From Rhizomicrobium sp. (lineage in GTDB: Bacteria > Pseudomonadota > Alphaproteobacteria > Micropepsales > Micropepsaceae): 64,000 nt of DNA. A program made the translations under genes and the position numbers. Shown one piece after another: positions 59,068 through 64,000 of the stretch; position 1 is the stretch's first letter; every line of letters starts with the position of its first letter. Under the pieces are notes generated by a model. The model was not told where the DNA came from. It did no database searches and was given only the letters and a program-made list of their open reading frames with translations. Location: contig DATJRP010000067.1 in assembly GCA_035504555.1 (NCBI GenBank), positions 53,551-117,550 on the forward strand, in the 5' to 3' direction.

Positions 59068-59825
59068 AACGGGCGACGCCGCAATCCCTGCTAACAGGGG
59101 CTTGATCAGGGCGTTCGAAAAACCCGGCCGCCGCGCGCGTTCGTATAGCGCAACAGCCATGCGGCTTTCCCGCATTTCTTCGCCCATAGTCATGGACAAA
59201 ATCAGGGGCAGGCAGGGCAGAATTCGTCCGTGTACATACTATCATGCGAGGAGCGGGGCGCCGCCAAATAGAAAGTTGAACCACAGAGGCACAGAGGCAA
59301 TGAGATAGCGAGCCTCTCTCCGAAATCGTGCGTCAGTTTCGACGAGATTCTTTGCGCGCGAACGCGCGCAGGCAGATTTCGAAAGCGCCTGCGCCGTCTA
59401 AGACGCCCTCGTTATCTCTGCGCCTCACCGCCTCCGTGGTGAATCTTCTTCCCACCGGTCGCGCGCCGTCGAAGGGGATCTCGCCAGGTGCAAACTTCAC
59501 ATTGTCAAAGAACGAACGAGAGTCTGCGCGCGCGGCCGGCGCCTGTGAAGGGCAACATTTGGGGCTCAATGCAGATTCCCGGCAACGAACGTCGGCAGTT
59601 CGTTTCCATTTCGGTGCCACCGGCCGCGCGGACGCGTCGGCGTCGCGAAAATCGGACAAACATCGGGACCACGAAACGGACGGCGAATTCGGACCGGCGC
59701 CTTCAACGCAATCCAGGAGCCTCCGCCGGTCTCGCGGAGGCGCACGCCGTCGATTAATCACTTTTAAACCATGCCTGACTTATCGAGGGAGCGGAGCGCT
59801 TATCTAAAGTGTCAAGAGATGCAAC

Positions 59826-61946
59826 ATGTTCGACGCATCGACGCCGACGAAGCGACGGCTCCGTCCGCAATTGCTCGCCGGTTCGACGTCCGGGAGGCCG
59901 AACCCGACGCTCCAGGGTGATCGGCCCGACGCGCCCGATCATGTCGCGGCCGCGTATGACGCCGCCGCGCTGTACGACCGATGCCTCAAGGCGGCCCGCT
60001 TGGGAAACATCGCCCGCGCACTCGACCTGATCACGCGGGCGTGCTCCGTCGAATGCGTCCCGCCCCAATATCATCGCGTCAAAGCCGACCTCTTGCGGCA
60101 GCGCGGAAAGTTCGATCAGGCCATTCGTGTGCTCGAATCGTTGGTCGAACAGAATCCCAAAGACGCCTTCTCCTGGAGCCTTCTGGGCGATTTCTGGGCG
60201 GAGCGGAAAGAATTCGATGCGAGCAAACGCTGCTATGAAGCCGCCATTGACCTCGATCCGACCCTGTTGGAGGCCACGCACAATCTGGCGACGGTCCTGC
60301 AGCTTTTGGGACACGCCGGCGAGGCCGAAGCCCTTTACCGCAAGGTGATCGGCCGCGCGCCCCATCACCTCGACGCCAATCTGAATTTGGCCGTCGTGCT
60401 CAACGGACTCGGGCGCTATGAAGAAGGCCTCTCGATCGTGGACGAGGTTCTCGCGCGCAGTCCGCAAATTGCCAAAGCATGCCTGATCGCATCGGCGATC
60501 GAATTCAACAGGCGGCGCTATACCGCGGCCCTGAAGTGGATCGAAGACGCAATCGTGCGCGCGCCCGATCAGATAGGAATATTGACGCGGCGTGCGAACA
60601 TCTTCTCCAACCTGGGCCGCACCGACCTCGCGCTCGCCGACTGCAACAGCGTTCTCGATCGCCTCCCGAACGATGTGGAGGCACTGCGGCAAAAGGCATT
60701 CGCGCTGCGGTCCCTGAATCGGGCGGATGAAGCCCTTGCCGGCCTTCTCCGGGCGGAATCCCTCAGTCCCGATCCTGCAGATCTGGTGGTTGATCGCGCC
60801 TGGCTGCTCGCGGAACTGGGCCATAAAGATCAGGCGCTGCAGTTGCTCGACCAAACCCTCGCCGCCCAGCCGGGTCTGGCGAGCGCGCTCGACTGCCGTT
60901 CCTTCCTGACGCCTTTGAAGCCCGGTCACCGGGACCTCGCCGTGATGGAGGACATCGTCGGCGACCGCGATGCGCCGATCAAGGACCGCATACGGCTTTC
61001 GCTTGCGGTCGGCAGGGCCTACCTCAACGCCGACGACGGCGAAAAAGCATTCCGTTATCTGAACCTCGGCAACGGCCTCAAACGAAATGCAGTCCTGTAT
61101 GGTCGCGACGCAGAGGAACGGCGGTTTGCCGACATTGCGAGACTTTTCTCGGCCGAGAACATGGCCCGGCTTGCAGATGCGGGGATCGAATCCGCCGAAC
61201 CAATCTTCGTGTTCGGGATGCCGCGATCCGGCACGACGCTGGTGGAACAAATCATAGCCTCTCACCCCATGGTTCAGGGCACCGGTGAGACGCCCTATTT
61301 CGACACGATAGCCAGGACGTCCATCGTCTCGCGCCCGTCGTCGGAGCTTACGCCTGACAGCCTCGCGCTGTGCGGCCATCGCTATCTGGAATCGATCGGC
61401 GCGCACGTACCGGCTTCGATGCGCTTCGTCGACAAGACGAACTCCAATTTCCAGTATGCCGGGCCGATCTCGCTGCTGTTTCCGGGCGCGCGCATGATCC
61501 ATTGCCGCCGCGATGCGCTCGATACGTGCCTGTCCTGCTATGCGCTGCTGTTCGACCATGGCCATGAATTTTCCTACGACCTGGCCGAACTGGGTCATTA
61601 CTACGGACTGTACCGCCAGCTCATGGCGCATTGGCGAGGTCTGCTCGGTCCCGAGACGTTGCTGGAAATCGACTACGAATCGCTCGTCGATGACACGGAG
61701 GCGCAGGTCGGAAGAATCCTGGATTTTTGCGGCTTGCCCTGGGACGACGCCTGTCTTCGGTTCTACGAGACGAAGCGATTGGTGACGACGAGCAGTTTCG
61801 ATCAGGTGCGCTCGCCGATTTACAAAGGGAGTGCCGGCCGGGCCCGGAGATTCCGTCCGTGGTTGGGCGCCCTGGTGGAGGCCTTGGAGAACGCTCCCGC
61901 TAGCGCTCCGAGCGCTTGGGCTTCGACGGTGTCTTCTCCGTCGTGA
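59826..61946 (+). CDS. TPR-repeat protein with C-terminal sulfotransferase domain
   Basis: 706 aa with about 10 TPR-like repeats in the N-terminal two thirds. The C-terminal domain has the PAPS 5'-phosphosulfate loop 'FGMPRSGTTLVEQ' and 'RDALDTCLSCY'. Confidence 0.85.
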   Translation: MFDASTPTKRRLRPQLLAGSTSGRPNPTLQGDRPDAPDHVAAAYDAAALYDRCLKAARLGNIARALDLITRACSVECVPPQYHRVKADLLRQRGKFDQAIRVLESLVEQNPKDAFSWSLLGDFWAERKEFDASKRCYEAAIDLDPTLLEATHNLATVLQLLGHAGEAEALYRKVIGRAPHHLDANLNLAVVLNGLGRYEEGLSIVDEVLARSPQIAKACLIASAIEFNRRRYTAALKWIEDAIVRAPDQIGILTRRANIFSNLGRTDLALADCNSVLDRLPNDVEALRQKAFALRSLNRADEALAGLLRAESLSPDPADLVVDRAWLLAELGHKDQALQLLDQTLAAQPGLASALDCRSFLTPLKPGHRDLAVMEDIVGDRDAPIKDRIRLSLAVGRAYLNADDGEKAFRYLNLGNGLKRNAVLYGRDAEERRFADIARLFSAENMARLADAGIESAEPIFVFGMPRSGTTLVEQIIASHPMVQGTGETPYFDTIARTSIVSRPSSELTPDSLALCGHRYLESIGAHVPASMRFVDKTNSNFQYAGPISLLFPGARMIHCRRDALDTCLSCYALLFDHGHEFSYDLAELGHYYGLYRQLMAHWRGLLGPETLLEIDYESLVDDTEAQVGRILDFCGLPWDDACLRFYETKRLVTTSSFDQVRSPIYKGSAGRARRFRPWLGALVEALENAPASAPSAWASTVSSPS

Positions 61947-62382
61947 GCACAACAGACTTTCCCGCTTTGAGGCGCAGCATGCCGAGCGGCTGGTCAATCA
62001 TCGCGCTGACGGCCAGACCGAAGAAGCTCGAGCGGCTCATACCCAATTCGGCGGCACGCTTGTCAGTGCGTGCGATGAGACTTTTCGGCAGATAAATATT
62101 GACCCGCTCGGACGGATCGGGCGGCTCGACGCCGACAGCGAAGAACGCGACGAAGCGCGAACCTTTCGGCAGCACGATCTTGTCGAACGCCGTCGGCTCG
62201 GGAAGGGGCTTGTCGCCCTCGGCAAAGGTGCGGACAACCCTCCAAAGTCCGATTTCCGCCTCCTCGATCGCCTCTTCCTGCGAGCGGCCCGCCACGACGC
62301 AATCCGGAAAGTCCGGAAACCAGGCGCCGAAAGCACCCTTCGCGCCCTTCTCGAGGACGGCCGGATAAAAACGCTTCGCCAT
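61900..62382 (-). CDS. HicB-family antitoxin-like protein with C-terminal RHH, no HicA partner
   Basis: 160 aa from the ATG at 62382 (GGAG upstream). 'FYPAVLEKGAKGAFGAWFPDFPDCVVAGRSQEEAIEEAE' is the HicB N-domain, and 'VNIYLPKSLIARTDKRAAELGMSRSSF' is CopG/RHH-like. The 3' end overlaps the sulfotransferase gene by 47 nt. Confidence 0.7.
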   Translation of the reverse strand: MAKRFYPAVLEKGAKGAFGAWFPDFPDCVVAGRSQEEAIEEAEIGLWRVVRTFAEGDKPLPEPTAFDKIVLPKGSRFVAFFAVGVEPPDPSERVNIYLPKSLIARTDKRAAELGMSRSSFFGLAVSAMIDQPLGMLRLKAGKSVVLTTEKTPSKPKRSER

Positions 62383-62480
62383 GCTGGACTCCAAGTGTGC
62401 GTTTTGCCACACTCGTGAGGAGTGTGTCATTCCCCACAACTTCTAACCCAGCCTCGCGCCGGGGGAAAGAGGAGAGCCCA

Positions 62481-63353
62481 ATGACCGAAGCCGAACTCGC
62501 CATTGTCCGCCGCGCCTATGCCATGCAGGTCCTGGCCGGGGTCGGTGTCGTCAATTCCCGCGTCGAGGATGCGTTCGCGGCCGTCAAACGCGAGGACTAT
62601 CTCGGTCCCGGCCCCTGGCAGATCTTCCGTTGGGGCATGACCTATCGTCCGACACCTTCGGCCGATCCGGTTTATCTTTATACGGACGACCTCGTGGGGA
62701 TCATCCCGGAACGGCGCCTCAACAACGGCCAGCCCCAGTATCACGCCCACCTGATTCACCAGGCAGCGCCTGCTCCGGGCGAGCACGTCGTCCACATCGG
62801 CACCGGCACCGGGTACTATACGGCCGTCATGGCGCATCTCGTGGGACCGAACGGACGCGTGACAGGGATTGAGTTCGACCCGGGCCTCGCCGCCCGGACG
62901 CGTGCGAACTTCGCGGACAGGACAAACGTCGCCGTCATCGAGGGCGACGGCGCTGCGGCAAGCTTCGATCCGGCCGACGTCATCTATGTGAACGCCGGCG
63001 CTACGCGTCCTGCCGATCAGTGGCTCGATCGCTTGCGCGACGGCGGCCGGCTGATCCTGCCGCTGACCACAGACAAGGCCTTCGGCGACCTCGACCGCAC
63101 CCCTAACCAGATGATCAACCAGGGTGCCGTCTTTCGCATCGAAAGGCGCAGCGAAGCCTATCTCGCCAAAGTGGTTTCGGCCGTGGCGATCATCCCCTGC
63201 GAAGGCACGCGCGACGAGGACTCCGAAAAGGCGCTCGCCAAGGCGCTGGCCGGCGGGCGGCTCAACGAAGTGACGCGGCTCTATCGCCACGAAAACGTGC
63301 CGGACGAAGATTGCTGGCTCAAGGCGCCGGGATGGAGTTTGGCGTATCGGTAA
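62481..63353 (+). CDS. protein-L-isoaspartate O-methyltransferase family protein (long PIMT-like form)
   Basis: 290 aa with AGAGGAGAG upstream of the ATG. SAM motif I 'VVHIGTGTGYYTAVMA' and 'VIYVNAGAT'. Confidence 0.8.
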   Translation: MTEAELAIVRRAYAMQVLAGVGVVNSRVEDAFAAVKREDYLGPGPWQIFRWGMTYRPTPSADPVYLYTDDLVGIIPERRLNNGQPQYHAHLIHQAAPAPGEHVVHIGTGTGYYTAVMAHLVGPNGRVTGIEFDPGLAARTRANFADRTNVAVIEGDGAAASFDPADVIYVNAGATRPADQWLDRLRDGGRLILPLTTDKAFGDLDRTPNQMINQGAVFRIERRSEAYLAKVVSAVAIIPCEGTRDEDSEKALAKALAGGRLNEVTRLYRHENVPDEDCWLKAPGWSLAYR

Positions 63354-63374
63354 GGCCGCCTGTTACGGAAGCCG

Positions 63375-63403
63375 TGTCATGGCCCGCATTTGCGGGCCAC
63401 CCC
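63375..63403. repeat. hairpin repeat copy 1: TGGCCCGC-ATTT-GCGGGCCA with GTCA/CCCC flanks
   Basis: Perfect 8-bp stem, 22 nt downstream of the PIMT-like gene stop. Confidence 0.5.
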
Positions 63404-63471
63404 GTTGAAATGAGACGATATCCTACGGAGCGAAGAAGACATATCCTTGGTAGGGTGCGGTGTCGTCACCT

Positions 63472-63499
63472 GGGTGGCCCGCATTTGCGGGTCATGACA
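63472..63499. repeat. hairpin repeat copy 2: TGGCCCGC-ATTT-GCGGGTCA, flanks inverted relative to copy 1
   Basis: Same 20-nt core with one change, about 77 nt from copy 1. The flanking TGTCATG / CATGACA and ACCC / GGGT are mutually inverted. A run of T follows 12 nt later. Confidence 0.5.
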
Positions 63500-63576
63500 A
63501 GTGTGTTTTTGATCCCGCTTATTCGTCGCCCGCCTCACCCCTTGCGAAGCCCCGCCAATCCCGCGATGACTTCGAA

Positions 63577-64000
63577 ATGACCTACCGCTCCCTCCGCGAC
63601 TTCATCGCCAAACTCGAAGCCGAAGGCGAGCTCGTGCGCGTCACCGAGCCCGTCTCGACCGTGCTCGAGATGACGGAGATCCAGACGCGGCTTCTCGCCG
63701 AGGGCGGTCCGGCGGTGCTCTTCGAAAATCCCATCAAAGCCGACGGCACGCGCTCCGACATGCCGGTGCTCGTCAATCTCTTCGGCACAGTCAAGCGTGT
63801 GGCGATGGGCGTCACCATGGGCGGCGTCGAGCGGCGCGACGGACCTTCGCTCCGGGAAGTGGGCGAAATGCTGGCGCAGCTCCGCCAGCCCGAACCGCCG
63901 CGCAGTCTTATCGAAGCGATGGAGTTGCTGCCGCTGGCGAAGACTGCCATGTCCATGAAGCCCAAGACCGGCGGCGGCGTCTTCGGCGGCACGCCGGCCT
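63577..64000 (+). CDS. ubiD: UbiD family decarboxylase (4-hydroxy-3-polyprenylbenzoate decarboxylase), 5' part
   Basis: Open frame from the ATG at 63577 to the window end. 'MTYRSLRDFIAKLEAEGELVRVTEPVSTVLEMTEIQTRLLAEGGPAVLFENP' is a typical UbiD N-terminus. It is absent from the ORF track because it has no stop in the window. Confidence 0.85.
   Translation, partial: MTYRSLRDFIAKLEAEGELVRVTEPVSTVLEMTEIQTRLLAEGGPAVLFENPIKADGTRSDMPVLVNLFGTVKRVAMGVTMGGVERRDGPSLREVGEMLAQLRQPEPPRSLIEAMELLPLAKTAMSMKPKTGGGVFGGTPA

Noticed and set aside
59333-59761. 142-aa minus-strand ORF in the large intergenic region as a real gene.
   Set aside because: The N-terminal two thirds are Arg/Pro-rich and look non-coding. 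The C-terminal part has weak third-position GC bias (40 of 60 by hand count), and there is no RBS-supported start. At best it is a decayed remnant, so it is reported as a finding and not as a CDS.
59754-59767. CtrA box upstream of the TPR-sulfotransferase gene (TTAATCACTTTTAA).
   Set aside because: The spacing is TTAA-N6-TTAA, not the N7 required by the consensus.
59068-59825. RaxX-like sulfated-peptide precursor upstream of the TPR-sulfotransferase.
   Set aside because: I translated the plus-strand ATG-initiated small ORFs by eye, for example MRLSRISSPIVMDKIRGRQG... and MQIPGNERRQFVSISVPP.... None has an RBS, a leader-core organisation or an acidic-residue-Tyr sulfation context.
61800-62600. 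HicA toxin partner for the HicB-like gene.
   Set aside because: There is no 50-90-aa ORF with a HicA-like sequence in any frame on either side. The upstream space is only 98 nt before the divergent PIMT-like gene, and the downstream side is occupied by the sulfotransferase 3' end.

Overview
High-GC alphaproteobacterial chromosome segment, probably Hyphomicrobiales/Rhizobiales-like, judged from divK-pleD, mipZ, an EipB/DUF1849 protein, PAS_5 and DUF3572 proteins, and a DinB with an N-terminal zinc ribbon. It is densely packed with about 60 protein-coding genes. I found no rRNA, tRNA, CRISPR array, transposase, integrase or phage gene.

Gene content is mostly core housekeeping:
- dgt, erpA and xthA
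- an EmrAB-OMF efflux operon with a divergent TetR
- a CoA-transferase/SDR/histidine-phosphatase operon
- divK-pleD, then a DUF3572/HAD-like/ROK/dinB chain
- a TonB-dependent receptor with a divergent TetR
- aguA-aguB-eipB, and ridA with a DUF482 gene
- an ABC transporter without a binding-protein gene
- a CzcBA-OMF type RND operon followed by two atypical crotonases
- clpS-clpA, a phasin, a DacC-SPOR carboxypeptidase, mipZ, putA
- a citrate-synthase-like gene pair, two tandem APC permeases
- a TPR-sulfotransferase, an orphan HicB, a PIMT-like methyltransferase
- the 5' end of ubiD

Many adjacent genes overlap by 4 nt (ATGA/GTGA) at 8979, 15293, 16863, 24548, 25420, 27022 and 36959, which suggests translational coupling.

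I did not find a clear-cut new defence or mobile system. The loci I consider most worth following up are:
1. A divergent pair of short citrate-synthase-like genes, one fused to an HTH domain. Their promoter shares a 12-nt palindrome-containing motif with the phasin promoter.
2. An HME-type RND operon whose last gene overlaps the first of two crotonase-fold genes that lack the canonical Glu-Glu pair.
3. The 59-63.5 kb stretch: a 758-bp gene-free region, the TPR-sulfotransferase, the orphan HicB, the PIMT-like gene and hairpin repeats.
4. An ABC transporter without a binding-protein gene, preceded by a 260-nt structured leader.

All functional calls come from motif recognition by eye. No database search was possible.
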